From: Octopus sinensis
Lineage: Eukaryota
NCBI RefSeq assembly: GCF_006345805.1
Contig: NC_043003.1
Coordinates: 49,600,001 to 49,664,000, forward strand
Direction: 5' to 3'
DNA: 64,000 nt
Within the stretch, counting starts at the first letter, position 1, and each line of letters starts with the position of its first letter. This document shows, one piece after another, positions 12,811-25,850 of this stretch. The notes under the pieces are model-generated. The model searched no databases. It saw nothing but the letters and a program-made list of their open reading frames with translations, and had not been told where the DNA came from. The position numbers were made by a program, and so were the translations under genes.

Positions 12811-13300
12811 TCAGAGTGGTTGGCATTAGAAGGGCATCCAGTTGTAGGAAATTGTGCCAAATCAGACTGGAATCTGGTGCAGCCTTCTAGTTTACCAGCC
12901 CTGATCAAACCAACCATCTCATGCCAGCATAGACAATGGACATTAAATGATGATGATGATGAATGCCAAGCACTGCCTGGTCATCAACTTCATCATCATT
13001 ATCATCATTATCATCATTTAATGTCCATTTTCCATGCTGGCATGGGTTGAACACTTTGACAGAAGCTGGCCAGCCAGGGAGCTGTCCAGATGTCAATTGT
13101 CTTTTGTCGTATGGTTTCCACAGCTGGATACCGTTCTTAGCATTAACTATTCTACAGAGTGTGCTGGGTACTTTTCACATGCCACTGGCATTGTGTGTCA
13201 ACCCAACACTGGCACAAGTGCCTCTTATGTGGCATTGGCACCTCTAAAGGGCAAGCCCACTTGTATTGATGACAGCAGTTTTACTTAGGTTGATGCGTCT
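12811..13300. mobile_element. Tail-to-tail pair of RTE 3' ends (+ 12811-12962; - ~12992-13300)
   Basis: (GAT)n tail, ~30 bp spacer, then (ATC)n and the reverse-complement copy. Confidence 0.8.
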
Positions 13301-14192
13301 TCGCAAGTCCAGGAATTGAAATCACAATTTTATTATCACAAGGGCAACACACTAACCACTAATCCTATTCCTTCACTAACCACATGCTTTCACTCCATAG
13401 TCATTAAATGCTCCTGGTAGACAGAGAGAGATGGTAGCATCAATAATGGTATCTGTTTTACTTCTTGCTATTCACTAAAGATCTGTATTTTCATACAAGA
13501 AGCCAAAAATTTTTAACACAGAATAATGCATTGTGCCAATATTTTCTCATTTGTACACTGGTAGAAGTCAGAGAACGGCCAAGAGGGGAAACAATTCTCT
13601 CAGAAAGTTCAGATGCCGCCAGTAATTTATTTTCATCAGGTAACCAAATGTTTCTAAACCATGATAGGTCATCTATGATGTGGTTGCCAAAGATTTTGAA
13701 ATATGTAGACCTTTTACACCTATCTCTAATTGAAATGGAAGTAAAATGTTGGCCATAACATGTCATCCTCCTGTAATTTAAAATATTCCCTTTAGTCTTT
13801 TCAATAATAATTCTCAGCACACCAAATTTTAATACTATCTCTTCAAACACAGATTTATAACTATTGTGGTATCGTTGGCTGGTTCCATGTTTATTAAGTG
13901 AAGCTATGAATAGAAAGTCATATGAAAATTAAATTGTATAAAATTTTTAGCAGACATTGTCATTTATTAATCCAACTTCTTCAGGTAAGAGAAATGGCTT
14001 GCCATCCAGCAGAAATGATGCCTGTCTTTTGGTTAACAAATCCAATTCTATATTGAAATATAGAGGTTGTATATATTGATTCATAACAGGGTCTCTTTTT
14101 CATATTGACGCCTATACATATCGATTCATATATAAATATATATACTGGTTTGTATTGAAGCCTAAATATATATATACATATAAATATCTATG

Positions 14193-14258
<66 letters not shown>

Positions 14259-14262
14259 TATA

Positions 14263-15113
14263 TCATCATCATCATCGTTTAGCGTCCGTTTTCCATGCTA
14301 GCATGGGTTGGACGGTTCTACTGGGGTCTGTGAAGCCAGAAGGCTTCATCAGGCCCAGTCAAATCTGGCAGTGTTTCTACGGCTGGATGCCCTTCCTAAC
14401 GCCAACCACTCCGTGAGTGTAGTGGGTGCTTTTTACGTGCCACCCGCACTGGTGCCAGACAGAGCTGGCAAACGGCCACGAACGGATGGTTCTTTTTATG
14501 TGCCACCGGCACGAGGGCCAGGCGAGGCTGGCAACGGACACGAAACGGGGCGGTGCTGGCAACGGTCGCGAAACGGAAAGTTCTCTTACATGCCACCGGC
14601 ACTGGTAACACATCTGCAATTTCCATTGATCGATTTCGATCTGATCGTCACTTGCCTCAACGGGTCTTCACAAGCAGAGTTTTGACATGCCACCGGCACT
14701 GGTAGCACATCCGCAATTTCCATTGATCGATTTCGATTCTGATCCTCACTTGCCTCATCACGTCTTCACAAGTAGAGTGTCCCAAGAAGGGAAGGTATGC
14801 ATACGTAGGCTGGCTCCATCCCATGTAGAAGGCCACGGGTTATGGACTCACTTGTCCTGCCGGGTCTTCTCGCGCACAGCACACTTCCAGAGGTCTCGGT
14901 CTCTAGTCATTTCCTCAGTGAGACCTAAAGTTCGAAGGTCGTGCTTCACCACCTCGTCCCAGGTTTTCCTGGGTCTGCCTCTTCCACAGGTTCCCTCAAC
15001 CGCTAGGGTGTGGCACTTTTCCACACAACTATCTTCATCCATTCTCGCCACATGACCATACCAGCGCAAACGTTTCTCTTGCACACCACAACTGATGCTT
15101 CTTAGGTCCAGCT

Positions 15114-15117
<4 letters not shown>
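14263..15117 (-). mobile_element. 5'-truncated RTE-clade LINE (ORF2 C-terminus plus complete 3'UTR) inserted in (TA)n
   Basis: Open frame ...QEKRLRWYGHVARMDEDSCVEKC...GRGRPRKTWDEVVKHDL...LWKCAVREKTRQDK* (14848-15117) is typical of the RTE ORF2 end; (GAT)n tail; ~98 bp internal 3'UTR duplication at 14590-14771. Confidence 0.9.
14848..15117 (-). pseudogene. RTE ORF2 C-terminal fragment
   Basis: RLRWYGHV and GRGRPRKTW motifs; no stop over ~90 codons; 5' truncated. Confidence 0.85.
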
Positions 15118-15154
<37 letters not shown>

Positions 15155-15259
15155 CGATTCATTGAAGTCTATACATATTGCTTCACTGATTCTTATACAT
15201 ATTGATTTATTAATGCCTCTGAATATTGATTCATATATGTTTATTTAATTTTTCAAATT

Positions 15260-15481
15260 TTCGCACAAGGCCAGTAGTTTCCTGAGAGTGGATAAGTCAA
15301 TTACATCAGCCCCAGTGTGTGACTGGTACTTATTTCATCAACCCTGAAAGAATGAAAGGCAAAGTTGATCTCTGTGGAACTCAGAATGTAAAAGGGAGTT
15401 CATGTAATTGACTAACTCCTCCCCCAAATTTTCAGGTTTTCTACCTCTAATAATGATAATAATAATAAGAGTAAGAATAAC

Positions 15482-15536
<55 letters not shown>

Positions 15537-15760
15537 GTTATTATTCGCGAGCTGGTTGAAGCATTAGCAGGCCAGGCAAAAATGCTTAACAGTTTTTCAC
15601 CTGTCTTTATGTTCTGGGTTCAAATTCCACCAAGGTCGACTTTGCCTTTCTCTCTTTTGGGGGTTCATGAAATAAGTATCAGCTACATACTGGGATCAAG
15701 GTAATCAAATAGTCCCTTCCAAAGTTTCAGGTCTTGTGCCTATAGTAGAAAGGATTATTA
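15260..15760. mobile_element. Head-to-head SINE group C pair (- 15260-15440; + 15545-15760) around an (AAT)/(ATT) tract
   Basis: Both carry the gtcgactttgcctttc box, in opposite orientations. Confidence 0.7.
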
Positions 15761-15781
15761 TTATTGTTGTTGTTGTTGATA

Positions 15782-16222
15782 TTGTTATTATTGAGTGAGA
15801 GAGCAGTGCCTGCCATCAAAGTGACACGAAGTCCAGTATACTCATTATGACTACCCATCTGATAAGGGTACACCAGGCACATGCATCACAACCATATATG
15901 CATGACATGGTGATCTCATATCAAGATAAGGAGCCCATGACCTTGCAGGTGGGGCCCAGTTAGAATTTTCTTCTGGTCGAGTAACCCATCCTGCTCAAAT
16001 GGTTCCGGAATAAGGGTTGCTTAAGGATGTTGAACGAAACCCCCATGTTTCCGGAGGTGAATTATTCAAATCCCAAAGAATCCCTCTCAACACATGGCTA
16101 TGATGCTCCCCCACTACTTCTGCTCGTGATCAGAGATGCACATATCGTCGCCACTAAGGCAGATGCTCAACTGGTTAAGGTCAAACAACTGACAAGCAAA
16201 TCTGTAGTATTGAGCAGAATAT
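15782..16222 (-). mobile_element. Interspersed repeat, probable non-LTR 3' region ending in an (AAT)n tail on minus
   Basis: GC-richer block between (ATT)n tracts (gagtgagagagcagtgcctgccatcaaagtgac...ttgagcagaatatt), recalled as an abundant octopus repeat; not verified. Confidence 0.5.
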
Positions 16223-17087
16223 TATGATTATTATTATTATCATTATTATTACTACTACTATTATTATTATTATTATTATTATCTAGTCATTTCCTTGTTT
16301 AGCTGTTTAATACCCCTAGCTTATAGTTTTACTGTACTGTGTTTAAGGTTGTCACTGATTTTTATGAGGTTGACTATATCTGATGAATAACTTATGCGTA
16401 CTATTTTTCCATGTTGACTTGTCGGATATTTTATTTCGATATAGACACAAGCTTTGCAACCATGTGGTTTGTAGTCAGTCCCACTGTGTAATGCCTTATG
16501 CAAGTGTCTTCACCATTTGTCCTGGGCCGATGAGTAGATTGCAAGATTTCAGCTTTACATTTCTTCCCCATGAGAACCAGACGCAAATTTGACTTCAGTG
16601 GGGTTTAAACTAAAGATGTAGAAAAGCTGAATAAAGATCATAAGATATATTGTGCAATAACTCTAAAGCCAAATGCAGCTGTTAATAATAAAATTCCATA
16701 AAAATGAGAGACATAAAAAAGAAATGTTTAAAAATTTATTCAGATCCAAAGTATAGATATATTCAATATCACTTACTGAAATCAAATTAACATTGGAAAT
16801 AGGAAGATTATTACTTGTATCAAACGTTACATCAGTTTCCGACATGTTGGCTACATGCTTCTAATAACAAGCTAAAAGGCAGAGTTAAGTCATATTGAGC
16901 CACCATCAAGAGATAAATCAGAAAGAATTCTTTGGTGGTTTATGGTGCTTATACTAAGATATATACATTGGTTAGTGAAGGAAAGAAAACTGAGGAGAAG
17001 TTGGGAAAAAATTATGAAATCTGCTACAGTTTGTTTGAATTATAAATAGCTTTACAAAAAAATTTAAATATTTTGAATTGATAAATC

Positions 17088-17670
17088 TTTTATCTTTTAC
17101 TTGTTTCAATCATTGGACTGCAGCCATGGTAGGGCAATGCCTTGAAGAGTTTAGTTAAACAAATGACCACCCAACACTGTACTTAATTTTAAGTCTCATA
17201 CATATTTCATCAGTCTCTTTTGTTGAACTACTAGATAGCAGGATGAAAGCAGACCAACACTAGCTGCTAAGTGGGTGGGAGGCAAAAGACAAAGAGACGC
17301 ATACACACAGGTGTGTATGTGTCTTTGTCTTTTATCATCATCATCATCATCATTATCATTTAACATCTGCTTTCCATGCTGGCATGGGTTGGGCGGTTTG
17401 ACCGAGGACTGGTGAACCAGAAGGCTGCACCAGGCTGCATTCTGATCTGGCAAAGTTTCTACAGTCGGATGCCCTTCCTAACGCTAACTACACCAAGCGT
17501 GTAGTGGGTGCTTTTATGTGCCACCGGCACAAGGGCAAGTCAGGTGGTACTGGCTTCAGCCACACTCTAATGGTGCTTTTTACGTGCCATCTGCTCAGGA
17601 TCCAGTCTGGCAACACTGGCAATGACCACACTCGAATAGTGCTTTATTATGTGCGACTAACATGAGAGTA
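17088..17670 (-). mobile_element. SINE group A 3' half followed by an RTE 3'UTR fragment (17333-17670)
   Basis: Homology to the other copies in the window. Confidence 0.7.
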
Positions 17671-17671
17671 G

Positions 17672-17872
17672 GTAAGGCCAAAATAATGTGAAATAAATGC
17701 AAGGTAAATCACAAGAAAACAGATATATGAATTAATGTAGGCTTAACTTGTATTCAATATTTTGGGGTTATAGCCCATTTTCTGAAATATTGAATTGAAG
17801 ATGAGTCTACATTAACTCACATATTTTTCTTGTGATATACCTTGCATTTACTTTGCATTGTTTTGGCCTTAC
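17672..17872. repeat. Degenerate fold-back, arms ~90 bp
   Basis: gtaaggccaaaataatgtgaaataaatgcaaggtaaatcacaagaaaa vs ttttcttgtgatataccttgcatttactttgcattgttttggccttac; inner attcaatattt/aaatattgaat. Confidence 0.8.
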
Positions 17873-17929
17873 TCACAATCCTTTGAACAATATATTCTTC
17901 AAAATGCTTCATAGTAATTATTCTATTAT

Positions 17930-18484
17930 AATTATATATATATATATATATATTATATATTATATATATATATATATATATATTATGTATATATATATTA
18001 TATATATAATATATATAATATATATATATATATATCATATCATATCATATATATATAATATATATATATCATATCATATCATATATATATATATATTATA
18101 TATACATATATATATTATATATATGTATTGCATATGTATATATATATATATATGTATTATATATATTATATATATGTATTGCATATGTATATATATATAT
18201 ATGTATTATGTAGATTATATATATATATATATATATAATTATATATATATATATAATATATATATATATTATTATATATATATATTTATTATATATATAT
18301 TATATATATATATATTAGGTATATATATATATTATATATGTATATATATATTATAATATATGTAATAAATATATATATATGTATATATATAATATATATA
18401 TAATATATATATAATATATATATATAAATTATGTGTATATACATATTTTGTATATATTATGTATATATATATATTATGTATATA

Positions 18485-18515
<31 letters not shown>

Positions 18516-18525
18516 TATGTATGTT

Positions 18526-18556
<31 letters not shown>

Positions 18557-18590
18557 TTTGTATGTATATTATATATATATATAGAGAGAG
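17930..18590. repeat. ~660 bp imperfect (TA)n tract
   Basis: Direct reading. Confidence 0.95.
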
Positions 18591-18678
18591 TGTGTTAAAT
18601 TGTAAGGCACAAAATGAAAATGACTCTCCCCAGACACAACAGATTATGTATGTATATATATATTTAGTTATTTATTTA

Positions 18679-18726
<48 letters not shown>

Positions 18727-18744
18727 TTATATAAGACATAGACA

Positions 18745-18987
18745 CATGTGCTGGTGGCACATGAAAAGCACCATACAAGTGCGGTTGATGCCAGTACCAC
18801 CTACTGGCTCTCATGCCGGTCGCACTTAAAAAGCACCCACTACACTCTCGGAGTGCTTGGCGTTAGGAAGGGTATCCAACTGTAGAAACCTTGCCAGATC
18901 AGATCAGAACCTAGTACAGCCTTCTGGCTTGCCAGTCCTCAGTCAAACCGTCCAACCCAAGCCATTAAAGGACGATGATGATGATAC
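18745..18987 (+). mobile_element. RTE 3'UTR fragment
   Basis: Two ggtggcac/aaaagcacc modules, ggaagggtatccaactgtag, gatgatgat tail. Confidence 0.8.
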
Positions 18988-18993
18988 TGATTA

Positions 18994-19049
<56 letters not shown>

Positions 19050-19351
19050 TTATATACATGTAGACTCTATATATAGATGTAGACTGTATACATGCTGTAC
19101 GTATATGTACACATACATACATATGCAAACACAAATATCGTAGTATTGGATCTCATGTCATTTGACAATGAAGGTTTAGTTTGATCCACTGAATTAACAT
19201 GTAAGTGGCTGAGCATTTCACCAGCACATATACCCTTACCGTAATTCTCAAGCAGAATTTGCTTGGCATCATATGACAAAGCTATATATTTTGACAAGCA
19301 TAATCCATACAACAAGCTTCTATACAGTTTCCATTTAATATGTAGTTCCAG

Positions 19352-19467
19352 CAACTATTATGCCGACCATTCTAACAGTATATACGCTTCTAGAGCAGTA
19401 TTTTACTGAATTAAGCTTTCTCTTGCAAGTACCTAGCAGCTATATTGAGCTTACTGAAGATCCCTTT
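19352..19467 (+). CDS. Candidate internal exon (116 bp, phase 1-0), xTIMPTILTVYTLLEQYFTELSFLLQVPSSYIELTEDPF
   Basis: ttccag| acceptor, TTT|GTAAGG donor, open frame in non-repetitive DNA; protein not recognised. Confidence 0.3.
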
Positions 19468-19529
19468 GTAAGGATTATTAGAACATAAACACACTCATGC
19501 ACACACACACAATCACACACACACACATG

Positions 19530-19911
19530 TGGAAGCACTCCGTCGGTTATGACGATGAGGGTTCCGGTTGATCCGATCAACAGAACAGCCTGCTCGTGAA
19601 ATTGACGTGTAAGTGGCTGAGCACTCCACAGACACGTGTACCCTTAACGTAGTTCTCGGGGATATTCAGCGTGACACAGAGAGTGACAAGGCCGGCCCTT
19701 TGAAATACAGGTACAACAGAAACAGGAAGTAAGAGTGAGAGAAAGTTGTGGGGAAAGAGTACAGCAGGGATCACCACCATCCCTGCCGGAGCCTCGTGGA
19801 GCTTTTAGGTGCTTTCACTCAATAAACACTCACAACGCCTGGTCTGGGAATCGAAACCGCGATCCTACGACCGCGAGTCCGCTGCCCTAACAACTGGGCC
19901 ATTGCGCCTCC
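19530..19911 (-). mobile_element. tRNA-derived SINE group D, well-preserved full-length copy
   Basis: Head ggaggcgcaatggcccagttgttagggcagcggactcgcggtcgtaggatcgcggtttcgattcccagacc with A box and B box; many CpGs retained. Confidence 0.85.
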
Positions 19912-20659
19912 ACTACACACACACACTAATGTATACATTCAGACACTTAGGAACATACTGTACCACCTTACTTTCTAAATATTTTTGGAGTTTAAAGAAC
20001 AATAATATTAACAATCATAAAACATTGCTGGTTTATTATCCTGCTTTAATCGCTCCAGATGGAATCATTTTTGTCTCTCAGAGAAAAATAATATTCTTAT
20101 TGTGAGGTAATTTTTAGTAAATATTGGAATTGATAAACTTTTATAGACACTTCTAACACTATTTTGGAAAAAAATTTCCAATTTCCATTTACTAACTGGC
20201 TAAAACAGTTTATTTCCCACTTAATAGATTTACTATATCCTGAAAGATGGCCAAAAAAATATATGTACATTAAGTTATTTATTATCAGTAAAACATCATT
20301 AACAATAGTCAGCTTCATGTGTATTGCATTTTATTGTGTTGGAGAATGAAATATCACATATTCTGTATCTGAAATTGAATAACTGAATGTATGACAGGTT
20401 TTTCTGATGGTTACTCAGTACTAAACAGATCACCATATACTGTTGGCTATCCATATTTTGATGTGTCTGCAATTATTTTTGAATTTGCTTATGCATATGT
20501 GTGTGTGTGTGCGTGTGTGTGTGCGTGTGCGTGCATTTCTTTTTGTCTATCTGCCTGTGTTTCTGTCTATCTATCAATCCGTCTGTCTATCTACCAATCC
20601 TTGACTCTCTCGTCGCTGACACATGATGAAGGGGAATCTATCTTTCTGTCCTAAAGACA

Positions 20660-21090
20660 AGATGTGCTTATACCTGTCTCCTCTCATAGCTAGTCCTCCT
20701 AGCGTTCAAAATAATTTTCCTGTCGTCTTGACTTAACAGCCCTCACCGTTTGTTTTTACTGTTTTGTTCTCACTGTCCTGTTCTTGTTACCACTTTCACC
20801 CTCTGCAAAATATCCCAAATTTTATTTAATTCGCTTTGCAGGAAGGACTGTTTCATTGAAGTCACGTATTGTCCATGCCTTCGAAATGCAGAGTAGATGA
20901 AACAGGGACAACTGATGAAGAGGAATATTCTTTATGTTGCATGTCTCTTTTCTCTGTTTGCTTTTTACGTTGTTTGAAAAAATTTCGTTTTCTATGTTTT
21001 TGTTTTTATGTTTTCGTTTCTCATTGTGTTTTGTTGTCCTGTACCCATATATGCATGTATATATACATGTATATGTAGGTATGTGCATAT
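20660..21090 (+). mobile_element. Penelope-like terminal-repeat family fragment
   Basis: Homologous to 34215-34420 (+) and 34500-34800 (-): gcaggaagga...cgaaa...gtagatgaaac...gacaactgatgaag... Confidence 0.5.
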
Positions 21091-21117
21091 ATGTATGTAT
21101 ATATGCAAATATTTATA

Positions 21118-21360
21118 TATCATCATCATCATGCTAGCATGGGTTGGATGGTTCGACCGGGGTCTGGGAAGCCAGGAGGCTGCACCAGGCTCCAGTCTGA
21201 TCTGGCAGTGTTTCTACAGCTGGATGCCCCTCCTAACGCCAAACACTCCATGAGTGTAGTGGATACTTTTTACGTTCCACTGCCACAGAGGCCAGAGGAG
21301 GCTGGCAAACGGCCACATTCGGACGGTGCTTTTAGCATGTCACCAGCACGGGAATGCCAT
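21118..21360 (-). mobile_element. RTE 3'UTR fragment
   Basis: catcatcatcatgctagcatgggttggatgg...ctggatgcccctcctaacgccaa. Confidence 0.8.
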
Positions 21361-21409
21361 GCATCTTTTTCCAAGTAAGTTTTATCTTTTATATATATAT
21401 ATGTATATA

Positions 21410-21490
<81 letters not shown>

Positions 21491-21997
21491 TATAGATATA
21501 TGGATATAGTTGTCACATAGTTTGAGTAGATGAGGATCTGGGTCTCTATTCTCTATACCTACATAATTTTGTATAAACTCTTAAATAGATTTATTAAATG
21601 TCAAGTAAAGAGAACTATACATAACATGTGTTAAAGATTCATATTTACATGTTCCTTGTGAGGAATTTTACATGAACGTGCATACATACACACACACACA
21701 TGCACAAAAACACACATACACACACATGTACAAATGAGTTTAAAAATATTATATATATATATATAAATTATAAATATGGCTGCTGCAGAGAATTATAATG
21801 TGCATGTATTGTGTTAGTACATTAATGTGTCTATGCTGGAGTGTATTTCTACATAAATGTCAATTTATTAATATCAATAAAATTACACACTCACATACAC
21901 ACATGTATATGTACATACATACATACACATATATATATTTATATATATATATACACACACATATCCACACACATATGCACATATAGCTATGTAACTG

Positions 21998-22076
<79 letters not shown>

Positions 22077-22680
22077 TGTCATTTATGTGGAAACTCACAC
22101 TAACACAGGCACACACTATTACTGCAGCACATACCTACAGCCATTGAAATAATAATAATTCTCTGTACCAGCCATTTATATGATTCTAGAAACAGCTGCC
22201 GCAGTTGTACAAGATGGAATTTTCATTATCGTTTGTGCACAACAGGATATTAAACTTCAATTGTGAAACATCCTTAGCAGACCATTTAACCATCTCTTTC
22301 TCAGAGACACTTTCTCTTTTCTCTAAACATTATCTATCTATCTATCTATCTATCTGTCTGTCTATCTATTTATCTATCTATCTATCTACTGATATATATA
22401 TATATATATATATAATATATATATATAATATATATATATATTTACACCCACTGTGCTCTCATTCTTTCCTCTCTCTCTCTCTCTCACACACACATGTTCA
22501 CATACACACACACCTGATGTATACACACTTACATACAAACACTGTAGTACACATACATATGCATGCATATATCTTTGCATTTGTATCTGTATTTTTGTAT
22601 ACTACATGTATCTGTGTGAGTGCTAATATGTGTGTATGTGTGCATACATGTATGCAAGTGTGTGTGTGTGTTTATATATG

Positions 22681-22721
<41 letters not shown>

Positions 22722-22879
22722 TTATATATATATAGATATATATATATATATAGGTAGATATAGATATATAGGTAGATATAGATATAGATATCATCATCAT
22801 CATCGTTTAACGTCAGCCTTCCATGATGAATGTATGTACAGATATAGATAGATAAATAGATAGATCGATTAAGAGATAG

Positions 22880-22914
<35 letters not shown>

Positions 22915-23311
22915 GAGAGGTGGGGAGGGAGAGAGAGAGAGAGAGATCAACAATTTAATAACACCAAACAGTACTGTTTTGTATCAAACAGTTTATTCCA
23001 TTGAATTCCCGTAATAACATTGGTTGATATTTTGTCAGAAAATATCCTATACATAATGTTATAAAATTACAGGTGTTCAGATATCCCTTGAATTTCCTTG
23101 TGTCATTTAAGGCAGTCGAGTTGCCTTCTTCTCATTAATATCAAGATCATTTTCTTCAACGTAAGGCAAATATTATATTTCCTTCATCTCTTTCATAATT
23201 TCTTCTCCCATAGTATTTTTTCAGACAGCTGTTGCTTTATGTTAATGAATGAGATGCAATGATGTCTTTTAAGCATTTAGTTAAAACTTATTATGCTACT
23301 GTGCCTGCATA

Positions 23312-23990
23312 GGCACAGGAGTGGCTGTGTGGTAAGAAGTATACTTCCCAACCACATGGTTCCAGGTTCAGTCTCACTGCGTGCATGGTGGTCAAGTGTC
23401 TTGTACTATAGTCTCAGGCCGAACAAAGCCTTGTGAATGGATTTCGTAGATGGAAACTGAAAGAAGCCTGTTGTGTGTGTATATATATATATATATAATA
23501 TATATATAGATATGTTAAATAAGGTCTTATGGATAACAAAAGGAGAGGGGCTTTCTCCGTCTGGGTTGCGGATCCGTGGAATAAGCTGCTGGACGAGATA
23601 GTGAAGATGCCGACGACCGCTCGGTTCAAAGTCTCTCTTGAATGGAAATGGCCTGAGCTCTTTGTATGACCATCCTCTCTGTACATAACTCCCTGTCCCT
23701 CTACATGGCCTTGCTTTTGCTTTTTGAGCCAATAAAAATTAAATTAAATTAAAACATCTCGTATATAAATATATATGTATGTAGTTGTGTGTCTTTGTTT
23801 GTTACCCCCACCACCATCGCTTAACAACTGATGATGGTGTGTTTACGTCCCTGTAACTTAGGGGTTCGGCAAAAGAGACCAATACAATAAGTACCAGGCT
23901 TACAAAGAATGAGTCCTGGGGCTGATTTGTTTGACTAAAGGTGGTGCTCCAGCATGGCCACAGTCAAATGACTGAAACAAGTAAAAGAAT
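23312..23990 (+). mobile_element. SINE group A, full length, with a nested CR1 fragment
   Basis: Head at 23312, 3' tail to ~23990; internal (TA)n interrupted by 23510-23753. Confidence 0.8.
23510..23753 (+). mobile_element. CR1-type LINE 3' end
   Basis: Translates KRRGAFSVWVADPWNKLLDEIVKMPTTARFKVSLEWKWPELFV*, matching the CR1 ORF2 C-terminal pattern (FSxRVxxxWNxLP..FK..LD); aataaa and (ATTAA)n tail. Confidence 0.75.
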
Positions 23991-25304
23991 ACTCAAATAT
24001 TTCCTGGATGTCTTATATTCCAGAGTATCAATGTCTCGATCATAATTGCCTGAAGATCAGAAACTTGAAACTTAGAATACAAATTTACAATGTTATCAAC
24101 TTATAGACACATAAAAACAAATATACATATGATAGTATGTGCATGTATGCGTGTATCTGAAATTATTATAATTTCAAATCACTTTTAAGAGTCACAACTG
24201 GACACATAGAGATGGTGTGACTCTGTACTAAATCTTGGAGCAAATTTATTGTAAAGATGAAGTTGATTGGGCTACACAACATTGTGTGTGTGTGTGTTTG
24301 TGTATTTATTTATTCTTTGTCTGCTTCTCCATACTGGCATGTGTTGAACTGGTTATTATTGTCTGAATCAGTTCTTGTTCAGAGTTATTACTATCCTAGG
24401 TTTATACAAGGACCTTGTCTTGCATGTTCATTACATTTTTGGCATGGCTTCTATCTTTGAACATCTTTCTTCTTACCAACTAATCTACAGAGTGTACTTG
24501 GTGCCTTTCATTTTAGAACCAGCACTAGAAGGGTTGGCTTCAGTGGCATATGGTGATTGTTGTACTGGGTGTGTCGCCATACCCAATGCCACCAAATTTC
24601 AAGCAGTAATATGACAAAAGTTTTCCTTTAAGATTTCAGATTAACTTAACGAGTAAGGTTACTGTTTATGATGAATTTACCATTTTCTATGGGTACACAG
24701 CACACAACTAGCACACCCGGAATATACACCTCTGGTTGGCTTGCTTTCAGCAAGGTAAAGAGTCAGATCTACACTACATCATCTCAATTCATTCATTTAT
24801 CAGTACAAAAGAAGTTGTCTTGTTCTCAACAGAACAAAAGTGTCTCCTTTTTCCTGCATTGATTTCATTCCACACAATTGATTGTGGCAAAAAAACAAAA
24901 AAAAACAAAAAACAATAGAACATTTGGGTGAATGGAGTGAGAAGGTGAGAAAAAAGAAGAGAGTGGGAATATGGCAGAAGAGAGCACAATTAGAGAGAAA
25001 AGATAATGGTTGATATATAATGGTGTGTTAGAATTGGTGATTCAGTAGAAACAAGCCTGAGAGATAATTACTTGACAGTTAGCGGTAAAGAAATTGAAGA
25101 AATTGGCAGAAAGTATTTCAGAGGTTGATATCAGAAAATAACATGAAAGAAGCAGTACAAAAAGTAACAGAAGAGAGAGAAAATGAATGTTACCAAAGTG
25201 AAAGGAGCAAAAACCATTTTAAAGAACAGTGGGAATGCATCTCTAAATATTCAAGTTTGGCTATGTCAGACCTAAGTATTTGCACTTTGGCACTCTGTCA
25301 GTTA

Positions 25305-25850
25305 TGATGATGTGGGTTCCAGTCGATCCCATCAATGGAACACCCTGCTTTGAAATTAATGGTGCAAGTGGCTGAGCATTCCACAGACATGTATACCTAT
25401 TTCTTTACTACCCAGAAGGGACTAAACAGAGAGGACAAACAAGGATAGACAAACGGATTAAGTCGATTACATCGACCCCAGTGCGTAACTGGTACTTAAT
25501 TTATCAACCCTGAAAGGATGAAAGGCAAAGTCGACCTCGGAGGAATTTGAACTCAGAATGTAGTGGTAGACGAAATACGGCTACGCATTTCGCCTGGCGT
25601 GCTAACGTTTCTGCCAGCCCTCCACAGACATGTATACCCTTAATGTAGTTCCCAGGGAGATTCAGTATGAGATAGACTGTGATTAGACTGGTCCTTTGTA
25701 ATACAGATACTACTCATTTTTGCCAGCTGAGTGGACTGGAGCAATGTGAAATAAAGTGTCTTACTCAAGGACACAACACATCACCAGGAATTGAACTCAC
25801 AACCTTACGACCGTGAGCCGAATGCCCTAACCACTAAACCACATGCCTTC
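25305..25850 (-). mobile_element. SINE group D with a nested SINE group C (25398-25620)
   Basis: 18-bp TSD tccacagacatgtatacc at 25380-25397 and 25621-25638. Confidence 0.85.

Noticed and set aside
13491-13850. 119-aa minus-strand ORF in unique sequence
   Set aside because: No recognisable domain, no convincing exon chain; AT-rich codon usage compatible with chance or UTR.
17821-17922. Minus-strand exon chain 17821-17922, ~16560-16610, ~13980-14048 with compatible phases
   Set aside because: The first exon overlaps a fold-back arm; phase agreement can arise by chance and the peptide is unrecognised.
19835-19911. tRNA gene
   Set aside because: A and B boxes belong to a SINE head; no acceptor stem closure and it runs into the SINE body.
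23073-23160. Exon-like AG...GTAAGG segment
   Set aside because: Stops in all three frames.
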